Positions 52,150 to 63,275 are shown, counted from the whole stretch's first letter. The stretch: DNA of 63,275 bases, filler included, from Octopus bimaculoides (GCF_001194135.2; 6 parts of 6 records of this genome joined end to end with filler, not necessarily neighbours in it); one strand, 5' to 3'. Notes: generated from the sequence alone by a model not told the origin. Program-made: numbers and translations.

Positions 52150-52430
52150 ACTGGACCGAGACGAATTTGGCTGCCGAGTTAAAGCTATTTATAACAAACT
52201 ATTGGCTCACCAGATGGTAGAAATATTCTCTATCACGTGACCTTATTAGGGGCCGTGATTGGTCAGTTTGCGTTCTGGCGGGAACGGTTCGAAGAAGTTG
52301 CCGATTCGAATAATGATCAGTCACGTGATGGACAGGGAATGGGTTCTCTACTACGCTCGCATTTATTTATATTTAAATGAGAAGATTGTATGTAATGGCG
52401 ATAGTAGTTTGTATCTAATGGCGGGAGGTA
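52150..52430 (-). promoter_or_regulatory. Pol II promoter, minus strand (TATA, 2x CCAAT, 2x CACGTG, 2x E2F-like)
   Basis: Minus TATAAATA 52186-93; CCAAT 52201-05 and 52258-62; CACGTG 52234-39 and 52322-27; TGGCGGGA 52276-83 and 52419-26. CpG-rich unique sequence. Confidence 0.65.
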
Positions 52431-52815
52431 GTTTCACTACATATATACACATATATTATATATATATAATGTATATATAAGTATATAAAGAAACGAAATG
52501 AAGAAAACTGAGATCCTTATCCTCCCTGATTGCAGAAAGCTCATTAAATACATTTGGTTTAGAACAAAATAACAGAAACCACAATCAGGCCATCACGAGT
52601 GCAACACCCCTTAGCATTTAGCCACGCATCCCCAATATACTAAACGTATACCAAACTTAGTCTATGACGATGGATGACCTTATCATAAATAACAATCTTG
52701 TTTTACGTCGATCCACGTTTTGATGTATTACTTTTCGTCATCAAGCTTTTACCCTAATATTGTTCCTTATCAGACAAATTTTTAACAAAAGCAATGACTT
52801 ACATTCCTATTTTTA

Positions 52816-52873
52816 AAATTTAATAGTGTTCCAGATCTAATACTTCCAAGGAGTTGTTTCAACAATAAATCAT
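52816..52873. repeat. 58-bp perfect inverted repeat, right arm
   Basis: See 51277-51334. Confidence 0.95.
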
Positions 52874-53669
52874 GGCATAAAGAGATTGCATTATTTGAAA
52901 AAAGTTACATTTAAGTTGGTTTTCTAAGTTCTGTATTTAAATGAATCATGTGACATTTTACTGCAACCTTATTGAGAAGTACCCGGAATGAATCACGCCA
53001 TGGAGAGATAGCATGTTCGGAAGTTCAAAACGAGTTTAAACCTAAATACATTCCATCCAACTCATGCCAGCATGGAAAATGGACGTTAAATGATGATGGT
53101 GTTGATGATCATAATAAACGAAGACAACAAGCAAGTGCATGCGTCTAAAATTACTATTCAAGGCAGAAAAATAACAATTCTTCTTGTTCAGACATGTTTT
53201 TAGCCATGATGTATATACCTCTTTCTCATTTTGTTTTAATAGCCATTACTAATTTTATCATGCATTGCATAATTAATTGTGTTTATGTGTGTGCGTGCGT
53301 ATGTGTGTTATTTTGTGTGTGCATGTGTATGCGGCTGTGTATGAAGGCGTGCGCGTATATATGGGTGTGTGTGTGTATATATGTGCATTCGGCTATGTGT
53401 GTGTGAGGGCGCGTATGTATGTTTGTCATGTATGTGGGCGGTATATATATGTAAGGTGTGTGGGTATGTGTGCGTGTAGGTAGTGGTGAGATAAAAATTG
53501 GAAAAAAGTAAGTGTAATAACAAGAGAATAATGGATATAATGTAAGGGGANNNNNNNNNNNNNNNNNNNNNNNNNNNNNNNNNNNNNNNNNNNNTTAATT
53601 AATTAANNNNNNNNNNNNNNNNNNNNNNNNNNNNNNNNNNNNNNNNNNNNAAAAAAAAAAAAAAAAACG

Positions 53670-53852
53670 GAAAAATAATTCAGAATCCTTGTCTGTTACC
53701 AAATCGAACCCAAAATCGGATCCGTTTGTATCAGTTACCAGGGAAAACATCCCCGTAAGTTTCATGCGAATACATCCAACGGTTCTTGAGATATCTTGTC
53801 CACGGACAAACAAACGCAACTGAAAACACTACCTCCTCCTTAGCGAACAGTA
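53670..53852 (+). mobile_element. Helentron-associated non-autonomous element (HINE/DINE-like) 3' part
   Basis: aagtttcatgcgaatacatcc...gagatatcttgtccacggacaaacaaacgcaactgaaaacactacctcctccttagcg resembles HINE 3' architecture. Confidence 0.5.
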
Positions 53853-53854
53853 CT

Positions 53855-54290
53855 GGTTTTAAAATTTGGCGCAAGGCCAGGAATTTCGTGTTAGGTGTTA
53901 AGTCAAATGCATCGACCCCGTGCTCAACTGGTATTTCTTCTTACGATCCCGAAAGGATGAAAGGCAGAGTCGACCTCGGCGGAATTTGAACTCAGACCAT
54001 AAAGACGGAAGAAATGCCGCTAAGCATTTCGCCCGGCTTGCTAATGATTCTGACAGCTCACTGCCTTAGGTATGATAATAATCCTTTCTACTGAAGACAG
54101 AGGGTCTGAAATTTGGAGCGATGGGGAATTTCACCATATCGACCCTCTTACGTAACTGGTACTTATTTCATAGACACCGAAAGGACGGAAGACACAATCG
54201 ACATCGGTGGAATTTGAACTCAGAACGTAAAGACGAACGAAATGCTGCTAAGCATTTCGTCCAGCTTGCTAACGATTCTGCCCCCACCCT
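53855..54290 (-). mobile_element. Two tandem SINE family B copies (CpG-retaining)
   Basis: gtcgacctcggcggaatttgaactcag and atcgacatcggtggaatttgaactcag. Confidence 0.85.
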
Positions 54291-55379
54291 AGGTGTAATG
54301 ATAATATTTATTGCTTTATGACATCACTAACAACAATAATTATTTTATATATATACATGCATATATTAATATGTTTGTGTGTATGTATACATATGTTATA
54401 TACATACATGTATATATGTATATATATATATATATATANNNNNNNNNNNNNNNNNNNNNNNNNNNNNNNNNNNNNNNNNNNNNNNNNNNNNNNNNNNNNN
54501 NNNNNNNNNNNNNNNNNNNNNNNNNNNNNNNNNNNNNNNNNNNNNNNNNNNNNNNNNNNNNNNNNNNNNNNNNNNNNNNNNNNNNNNNNNNNNNNNNNNN
54601 NNNNNNNNNNNNNNNNNNNNNNNNNNNNNNNNNNNNNNNNNNNNNNNNNNNNNNNNNNNNNNNNNNNNNNNNNNNNNNNNNNNNNNNNNNNNNNNNNNNN
54701 NNNNNNNNNNNNNNNNNNNNNNNNNNNNNNNNNNNNNNNNNNNNNNNNNNNNNNNNNNNNNNNNNNNNNNNNNNNNNNNNNNNNNNNNNNNNNNNNNNNN
54801 NNNNNNNNNNNNNNNNNNNNNNNNNNNNNNNNNNNNNNNNNNNNNNNNNNNNNNNNNNNNNNNNNNNNNNNNNNNNNNNNNNNNNNNNNNNNNNNNNNNN
54901 NNNNNNNNNNNNNNNNNNNNNNNNNNNNNNNNNNNNNNNNNNNNNNNNNNNNNNNNNNNNNNNNNNNNNNNNNNNNNNNNNNNNNNNNNNNNNNNNNNNN
55001 NNNNNNNNNNNNNNNNNNNNNNNNNNNNNNNNNNNNNNNNNNNNNNNNNNNNNNNNNNNNNNNNNNNNNNNNNNNNNNNNNNNNNNNNNNNNNNNNNNNN
55101 NNNNNNNNNNNNNNNNNNNNNNNNNNNNNNNNNNNNNNNNNNNNNNNNNNNNNNNNNNNNNNNNNNNNNNNNNNNNNNNNNNNNNNNNNNNNNNNNNNNN
55201 NNNNNNNNNNNNNNNNNNNNNNNNNNNNNNNNNNNNNNNNNNNNNNNNNNNNNNNNNNNNNNNNNNNNNNNNNNNNNNNNNNNNNNNNNNNNNNNNNNNN
55301 NNNNNNNNNNNNNNNNNNNNNNNNNNNNNNNNNNNNNNNNNNNNNNNNNNNNNNNNNNNNNNNNNNNNNNNNNNNNNNN

Positions 55380-55442
<63 letters not shown>

Positions 55443-55737
55443 AAACTGTGTATATTTGCGTACATATATACACATATGAGCTTAAGTTCAAATCGATACA
55501 CATTTATACACACATACATACGCACACGCATACACCCATATATATTACATTAAATAAAGTTCTAATAATGTTTGTAGTTTTAATTCAAGATGTCAAGTCT
55601 GTAAATGTGAAATCAAGATGGCGGAAAGGACATTTGTTGTTACAGTTAAAATTTTTCTTCAGCTTGACAACAAGAAACAAGACCTCTGCCAAGAACGCGA
55701 CAATGTCAAACAAAAAGCATTTCACAGAAACAGCAAG

Positions 55738-55745
55738 GAATAATA

Positions 55746-55830
<85 letters not shown>

Positions 55831-55860
55831 TAATAATAAACGACGACAATAACTACGACT
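55738..55860. repeat. (AAT)n microsatellite
   Basis: Direct reading. Confidence 0.95.
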
Positions 55861-56240
55861 GCAATAACATAATTAAAAAGGACATCAGTAAGAAAACACA
55901 AACACGATGAAAGTATTATTGATAACAAAGAGAAAAGAACAGCTACAAGAAACAATAAGAATTAAAAAAGAAAAAAAAACATGGAGAACAATATGGCGGT
56001 GATGAATAATAGCGAGAAAGATGGTGAGAAAGAAATAGAACGAGAGAGAGAGAGAAAGAGAGAGAGTGAGGTAGAGGGAGAGACAGGGAGAGAGAGAGAG
56101 AGACAGACAGACAGAGAGACAGAGAGTGACAGAGAAAGAGTGAGAGTGAATGAAAGAAAGAGAGAAAAACGATTTCTAAATATATAAATCAAACGATGAC
56201 AAAAATAAGCACAACAGCAACAGCAACAACAACAACAACA

Positions 56241-56274
<34 letters not shown>

Positions 56275-56499
56275 ATAATAATAATAATGGTCTTCAGAAA
56301 CGTTGCTCTCTTGAATTTAAACCGTCCTAATTTCAGTTTTCTCTAGACATAATTCATAAGGCTGTCCAATAAATTAATCAAATAAAATGGCGAAGAAATT
56401 CCATGGTTTGCTTTACTTCGCTACGAAGTATTTAAAGCTCAGTGGAGGCACTTTACTTAATGTTCTAGCACGTTCGAAACACAGTCTTAAGGGTTATTT

Positions 56500-56910
56500 T
56501 GGGGGTTTCAATGCGTGGAGATTTGCGTCCTTGAAGAACACAGGTACTTATCAAATCGACCTTGAAAGGGTGAAATGCAAAGTCGACTTTGGCGAAATTT
56601 GAAATCAGAATGTACGGACAAACGAAATGCTGCTAAGCATTTTGCCTAGCATGCTAACAGTTCTGCCAGTTTGCCGGTTTACTTCAGAAAATATTACCCT
56701 GTACTCTGTGACCTCGGCTAATTGGAGTACCTATAATAATCCTTTCTACTAAAAGCACAAGGCCCCAAATCTGGGGAATCCAGCCGATTTCATGGACTAC
56801 AGTACTTAATGTATCGGCCCCGAAAGGATGAAAGACAAAGTAGACCTTGGCGGAATTTGAACTCAGAACATGCAGACAGACGAAACGTCGTTAAGCCTTT
56901 TGTCCAGCTC
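56500..56910 (-). mobile_element. Two SINE family B copies
   Basis: gcaaagtcgactttggcgaaatttgaaatcag and gaccttggcggaatttgaactcag. Confidence 0.8.
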
Positions 56911-57350
56911 GCCACTTCTAGGGTAGGTATAATGAAGGGCTTAATATTTTGATGAGAAGGAAAGTGTCTATTAATTCGACTCCGGTGCTTAAATGGACTT
57001 TATCTTATCGACTTTTGAACCGCTAGTATATTAGTAACCCTATGAGGATTCACCAAATTGAAAATGTCATTCCTTAAAAGGTGATATAGAATGAAAACTC
57101 CAACAAAAATGGCATGGTATTATAAACAACGGAAAAAGATTATAATTCCCTAACAATAGATCACATATTTATAGTGTGTAGGTACATTATTTATAAATAT
57201 ATGAAGAAAATACTCGTTCCTTAGTTATCTAAATCCTGTGCGTGGTTCCAGAGAGCTTTCAATAGAAGGGCCATGCGTATACACATAAAAATAGCACGTA
57301 TGATTACACACACACACACACAAGCACACACAAGCACAAACACAAATATA

Positions 57351-58219
57351 CAGGGTGCGAGGGGTAAATTGACTCTACGTTATATTTTTAATTTCGCATA
57401 TGCGCAATGTTTATTTCTGGTTTTGTCGATTACACAGTATAGTAGGGTCAGTTGGGCACCGTCTGTGAGAAAAATAACACCATGACGCAAATTACTCTGC
57501 CAGACATTTGGAAACAACATGCTGTAGTGCTTAGTATTCGCACCGGAAGCTCCAATATGAACGTTTCAGAGTGTTTGCGTGTAAATCGGAGAACTGCATG
57601 TACCGTGAGTGATAAAAATCAGCCATCCATACAGCATCATGCTGGTTGGAATGATCATTAGGAATGATCATTAGTAATGATCATTAGGAATGATCATTAG
57701 TAATGACCAAGTCATGCTTCCATTTATTTTCTCGTATGGCCTCACACTCAACATGACGGTCTACATCAAGTGCATGGAGGAGGTAGTGTTGCCCTGGCTC
57801 TAGAGGGGGACAACAAGACGCTGCACCGTGCCACAAAAACAAGAGAACACATTCATGGTTGTCAGACAATTTCTGCGATCACATCACCCCTAACATCTGG
57901 CTACCTAACTCATCAGACCGCAAGCACCTTTATGATTATGTGTTGGGCGCAGTTGAGAGAGAGAGAGACCCCAAAAATTCCTTCTAACATCAAAGATAGA
58001 CTGAAGGCAAGGATTATGGTAGCAATCACCAACTTAAACAAAGAGAGCGTCTGGAAGAGTTGCAAGAGATTTCGAAGTCATCTGGAGGCGTACGTGAAGC
58101 CAATGGTGATTTTATAGATTTGCTCGTTAGTATTTCAAAATATTTTAATGATATCTTGGTAAATATATCTATTAAAATGAGATTTCAGTGTTATTATCAT
58201 TTTTGCGGATTTAAATGAG
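57351..58219 (+). mobile_element. Tc1/mariner-superfamily transposon (maT-like), internally deleted
   Basis: TA|cagggtg terminus. Fragments YIKCMEEVVLPW, QQDAAPCH...WLSDNFCDHITPNIWLPNS and KARIMVAITNLNKE...CKRFRSHLEA. The 3' end is lost in a gap. Confidence 0.85.
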
Positions 58220-58625
58220 NNNNNNNNNNNNNNNNNNNNNNNNNNNNNNNNNNNNNNNNNNNNTTAATTAATTAANNNNNNNNNNNNNNNNNNNNNNNNN
58301 NNNNNNNNNNNNNNNNNNNCATGAAACTGCGTCGTGTCAACGATGGCATTTTGCAATGTCAGACGCCAGTTTTGATTGTTGAAATTATAATTGTTTAATG
58401 TTTATAATTATGGAATATTTGTGTAATCGCATACTTGTGTCGTTTATTGCTTATTTATTATTATTTTTTTTTTTTTCATTTCATTTTAAACTGGATTCGG
58501 TTTCGTATTCGTTCAACGATAAACACATGTACGTCTCTGGAAAATGTCATAACCAACACGACATCTACGAAGCGCTGTTTATTGAAACGCCGCCACATGC
58601 GTCATGTGACCTGCAAAATAATGTA

Positions 58626-58912
58626 CAGGGTGATTCAAAAGTCGCCATACATAGGAACAATTTATTTTTTTATAAGAAACTGCTTATAAGAACAGTTTTT
58701 TTTATTTAACAGGCTCTATATGGTTACGATTGTTTTGAATACACATTGCAATACGTTTACCCCACTCATTGTGAACTCATAAGAGCACATCTGGTGATAC
58801 GTGTGCAAATGAGTTCGCGATGCGTTCCTTCAAATGATTTATGTCCTTTATCTTTCCACGATACACCATGCCTTTCAAATGCCCCCAAAGATAGAAATCA
58901 AGAGGGTGCGGC
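58626..58912 (-). mobile_element. Tc1/mariner 3' end with TIR
   Basis: Minus translation PLDFYLWGHLKGMVYRGKIKDINHLKERI...RIAMCIQNN, ending ttttgaatcaccctg|TA. Confidence 0.85.
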
Positions 58913-58939
58913 GAAAGGCCTTGTTGGAACCTCAATCTT

Positions 58940-59040
58940 ACTAGTTCTTTCACTGGGCTGAGAAAGACTTAAGGACTGCTACAATAAGTGTATGAATCGG
59001 AGAGGGGAATATGTTGAATAAAATTATAATTAACTGATCC
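58940..59040 (+). mobile_element. Mariner C-terminal fragment
   Basis: LKDCYNKCMNRRGEYVE*. Confidence 0.55.
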
Positions 59041-59087
59041 TCCTGTATTTTATTATACCCAACGCCAGGAACTTTTCAGCACCTCAT

Positions 59088-59240
59088 CGTACGCTCTGAG
59101 TTAAAATTCCGCCGAGGTCGACACTGCCTCTCATTTATTTCAGAGTCGATAAAATAAGTACCAGTTGAGCACTGCGGTCGATGTGATCAACTTACCCCCT
59201 CCCCCGAAATTGCTGGCCTTGTGCCATAATTTAAGACCAA
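59088..59240 (+). mobile_element. SINE family B copy
   Basis: ctctgagttaaaattccgccgaggtcgac...gtaccagttgagcactgcggtcgatg. Confidence 0.8.
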
Positions 59241-59445
59241 TATATGAAGAGAAACTGGCTCGGATAAAACGTCTCTCCACTCATCAAAATTGCTGCAACT
59301 GTTTTTGCACCAGGTTTTGGGAAACTCAAAAATTCAACCAAAACATACAAATATCCACACACAAACACACACACACGCATACACATACACACACACGCAT
59401 ACACATACACACACACGTAAGCATGCACACACACACACGCATATA

Positions 59446-59490
<45 letters not shown>

Positions 59491-59854
59491 AACTAATTCA
59501 GAAACTATGCTCCCGAATTGTTTTGACAAACCATGTCGTTGCAACTGTAACAACATGGCGTCTTTGTTAACAGACGAGAATAGATTTTCGGTGCAAATGA
59601 TTTGTTTGAAAAAATGGCTCAGAATATGGAGACCCATCGGTAATTACGTCGTTGCAAGACACAAAACAGCCTCTCACAAAGACGCAACAAGTGTTAACCT
59701 CAATTAATGCGTTACATACATACGTACGTACGTACGAACGAACACACACGCACACATATTTGTAAATATACGTATGTATCTATGTATGTATGTATATATA
59801 TAAATACATATTTATACATATATTGTGCTATTGTGTATCTGCATGTATATATAT

Positions 59855-60088
59855 AAGTCGACCTCGGAGGAATTTGAACTCAGAACGTAGCGGCAGACGA
59901 AATATCGCTAAGCATTTCGCCCGGCGTGCTAATGTTTCAGCCAGCTTGCCGGCTTCTTTCAATTTCCGTCAATCAAATTCACTCACTATAGTAGAAGATA
60001 CTTGCCCAAGGTGCCACGCAGTGAAACTGAACCCGAAACCATGTGGTTGGGAAGGAAACTTCTTGCCACACAGCCACGCCCGCGCCTA
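59855..60088 (-). mobile_element. Adjacent SINE family B and family A head fragments
   Basis: gtcgacctcggaggaatttgaactcagaacg; gaagatacttgcccaaggtgccacgcagtg. Confidence 0.8.
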
Positions 60089-60415
60089 TATATTTCATTA
60101 TAAATCTATATATAATATATATTTTCAATATAGAAATCTATTAAGCGGTGCCGAGTGAAAAGAAGTTCCTCCCGAAAAAAAAAGAAAGAATGTATTATTG
60201 TTTCGTTAACGGAGACAATGGTATTTATACAAAAGCAGATTTGATCAAAATTGATATTGAACTAATCAGAAGGAAAATGACTGAATGTTGAAAACCGATA
60301 CGGGGAAATAGATCGAAAGAAAACAGGAGAAATTGGATTTTTACTGGAGCAAATAATTGAAAACTGCTGTGATAACACACTGTCGGTGTATTATATCCGG
60401 GAATATGCATATGCA

Positions 60416-60457
<42 letters not shown>

Positions 60458-60552
60458 CGTGTGTGTATACATGTGTGTATGTATGTCTCTGTATATCAAC
60501 CTAGATCTATCTACACATACACACTCATTCACACACACATATTTCTATATAC

Positions 60553-60618
<66 letters not shown>

Positions 60619-61021
60619 AGGTGAGATTAATAGATAAATCGATAGATAGACAGACAGACAGACAGATAGATAGATACAGAGATATGCATCTATCTATGTA
60701 TTTATATCTATATACGTGTATATATGTACACTTATATTTATACATACATATTAACATATGTATATATATGTATGTATATTTATATATGTATATGTATAAT
60801 AAATATATACGAACGGTGTTATAAATACATATGCACTTACATACGCGCTCGGGTACACACACAGAGCAATAGTCTTATTAATGAATGCATATGTGTGTGT
60901 GTGTGTGTGTGTGCATGAGCGTGTGCAATTTAACCTTATTAGGAAAACTAAATGGAATTCTTAAATCAGAGAAGCAGTCTCTTCTTGGAGAGAAAAAGCG
61001 ACCAAACAGATGAATTTCTAT

Positions 61022-61211
61022 ACTCTTTCTACTCTTTTAACTTGTTTCAGTCATTTGACTGCGGCCATGCTGGAGCATTGCCTTTAGACGAACAAATCAA
61101 CCCCAAGACTTATTCTTTGTAAGCCTAGTACTTATTCTATCAGGTTATTTTTGCTGAATGCTAAGTTATGGGGACATAAACACACCAGCATCGGTTGTGA
61201 AGCGATGATGG
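61022..61211 (-). mobile_element. SINE family A 3' half
   Basis: cttgtttcagtcatttgactgcggccatgctggagc. Confidence 0.85.
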
Positions 61212-61321
61212 NNNNNNNNNNNNNNNNNNNNNNNNNNNNNNNNNNNNNNNNNNNNNNNNNNNNNNNNNNNNNNNNNNNNNNNNNNNNNNNNNNNNNNNNN
61301 NNNNNNNNNNNNNNNNNNNNN

Positions 61322-61396
<75 letters not shown>

Positions 61397-61760
61397 TATA
61401 TTATATTATATTATATCTGCATAATAATGTTCAATACGTAACGGCCTATGATTGTTGTTTGTCCTGCAGCTTATAATAGCCATATTTAAAATGTGTGTAT
61501 GTATGGCTGAGTATATCTGTTTTTTATGTATTTATATGTATATATATGTCTGTGTGTTTTTGTAGTGCTCGTATGAAATTCTATATGTGTGTGTGTGTGT
61601 GAGTGCGTGATGTTTACGATGTTTGTTTGAACTAAATCGTATTCCTGGTAATCGGACGACGGCTGAGGGGGTGAAGGTGACGTGTTTGACACAAAAAAAA
61701 ATATGGTGGACAGCCGAGTCGACTCACCCCTCATAGCCCACCCCTAGATATCCCGCCATC

Positions 61761-61810
61761 ATATACCTATCTGTCTGTCACCCCCATATACCTATCTGTC
61801 TGTCACCCCC
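61761..61810. repeat. 25-bp perfect tandem duplication
   Basis: atatacctatctgtctgtcaccccc x2. Confidence 0.9.
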
Positions 61811-62107
61811 ATATCACCTAACCAGGGTGAGAAAGCAAGAGAGTAAAGCATAGTATATGTACATACAGACATATATATATATATATATATATGTATGTAA
61901 GTATGTGTATGTATATATGCATCTCTCTCTCCCTCATTCTCTCTCTCTCTGTAATTATATATATTTATATGCATAAATATATATATATGTATGTATATAT
62001 GTATGCATATGCATACATATATACATATATGTATATATGTATGTATATGTATGTGTGTATAGATATGTATGTATGTGTTTGTCTGAATTTGCGTCTATAG
62101 AGACAGC

Positions 62108-62139
<32 letters not shown>

Positions 62140-62297
62140 NNNNNNNNNNNNNNNNNNNNNNNNNNNNNNNNNNNNNNNNNNNNTTAATTAATTAANNNNN
62201 NNNNNNNNNNNNNNNNNNNNNNNNNNNNNNNNNNNNNNNTATATAGATATATATATATATACACATACATACATGTATGTATGTATATATGAACGTA

Positions 62298-62456
62298 CGA
62301 CGGGCTTCTTTCAGTTTCCGTCTACCAAATCCACTCACAAGGCTTTAGTCGACCTGACGGTAGAATAGGAGACAACTGCCCATGGTATCACACAGTGGGA
62401 CTGAACCCGGGACCATGTGGTTTGGAAGCAAGCGTTTTACCACGCAACCACGCCCT
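62298..62456 (-). mobile_element. SINE family A 5' half
   Basis: cgggcttctttcagtttccgtctaccaaatccactcacaagg...gggactgaacccgggaccatgtgg. Confidence 0.85.
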
Positions 62457-62600
62457 TGTTTATTAGCCTTACGTAAAAAATTGGCCGAATGCACGAAACA
62501 TTGGTTCAGACACGTAATACTGTTTACCTGTTTATGTTACTTATAAGTTCAGGGCAAGTGCGCACAGACACAAACAATCGTATGTATATGAATGTGTTGG

Positions 62601-62631
<31 letters not shown>

Positions 62632-62733
62632 GCTATGCCCACCCTGTACGTAGCAATGTTTGTTACCCTCTCGTTTACCGCTTGCTGCCGCTGGCTACCG
62701 CCACTACACTAAGGCATTCATTACACCACTACA

Positions 62734-62880
62734 CTACCTCTTCCTGACCGAAGCACCTGTCGAGTTTTCTTCGACCCGGGTTGGAGTGACGGGTGGGGGG
62801 TCGTCCTTTGCGTATATGATAACCGATTGACTTGCGTCTCCAGACGAGGCAGACAAAAGATCGACCTCGGCGTACGTAAT
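62734..62880 (-). CDS. Candidate 3' coding exon of a membrane receptor (tyrosine-motif tail)
   Basis: atatcag|ITYAEVDLLSASSGDASQSVIIYAKDDPPPVTPTRVEENSTGASVRKR* in a GC/CpG-rich unique island. The other two frames are also open. Confidence 0.4.
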   Translation of the reverse strand: MTYAEVDLLSASSGDASQSVIIYAKDDPPPVTPTRVEENSTGASVRKR

Positions 62881-63275
62881 CTGATATTCACGTAAACCAT
62901 GTTATAGACATATATATATACGTCTGGGCGCCGAAGTGTATGCGTGTGCGCATAAGTGTGTGTGTGTGTTGGGCGCTATATTTAGTAAGATTGCCTTATT
63001 TAATCACTTTATCTAAATGATTCGGGTCAGAGTTCAGCTAAGTCACGTTTTTCTTCCAGTCACGCACACACACACTTATGCGCGCACACACACACACACA
63101 TCTGTACAATCACATATATACACGTATGCACGCACATACCCACACACGCATACCACAGACTCATACAAGCAAGCGCTTGAACACATTCCGCAAACAGACA
63201 GACGTACACACACAGACGCACGCGCACATACACACACTATATATATATACACACATTATATATATATATATATAT

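Noticed and set aside
58624-58750. Apparent palindromic MITE
   Set aside because: The supposed right arm is transposase-coding sequence (RIAMCIQNN) of a minus-strand Tc1/mariner 3' end.
25477-62195. TTAATTAATTAA motif recurring five times (25477, 47448, 53595, 58264, 62184)
   Set aside because: Each sits exactly in the middle of 44 N + 12 + 44 N. It is a synthetic six-frame-stop gap spacer, not biology.

Overview
Eukaryotic, AT-rich, gap-ridden draft-assembly sequence, most likely from an octopus. That is inferred from the tRNA-derived SINE families, dense microsatellites and RTE/CR1/Penelope/Tc1-mariner debris. No complete protein-coding gene can be recognised. Almost all listed ORFs are artefacts of microsatellites, N-runs or decayed transposons. 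Well supported: many SINE copies; fragments of RTE, CR1, R4/Dong-type (RLE) and Penelope (GIY-YIG) retroelements; Tc1/mariner transposase remnants; and five synthetic gap spacers. More interesting: (1) a near-intact minimal type I hammerhead ribozyme motif at about 26.9 kb; (2) a CpG-decay domain (about 25.9-47.5 kb) that looks like a fossil gene-body methylation footprint; (3) a minus-strand TATA/CCAAT/E-box/E2F promoter at about 52.2 kb followed by small exon candidates, bracketed by a perfect 58-bp inverted repeat; (4) Dong-like elements stacked in SINE-associated (ATT)n tracts; (5) a candidate receptor-tail exon with an ITIM-like motif at about 62.8 kb. All gene-structure calls are by-eye hypotheses needing RNA-seq or homology searches.
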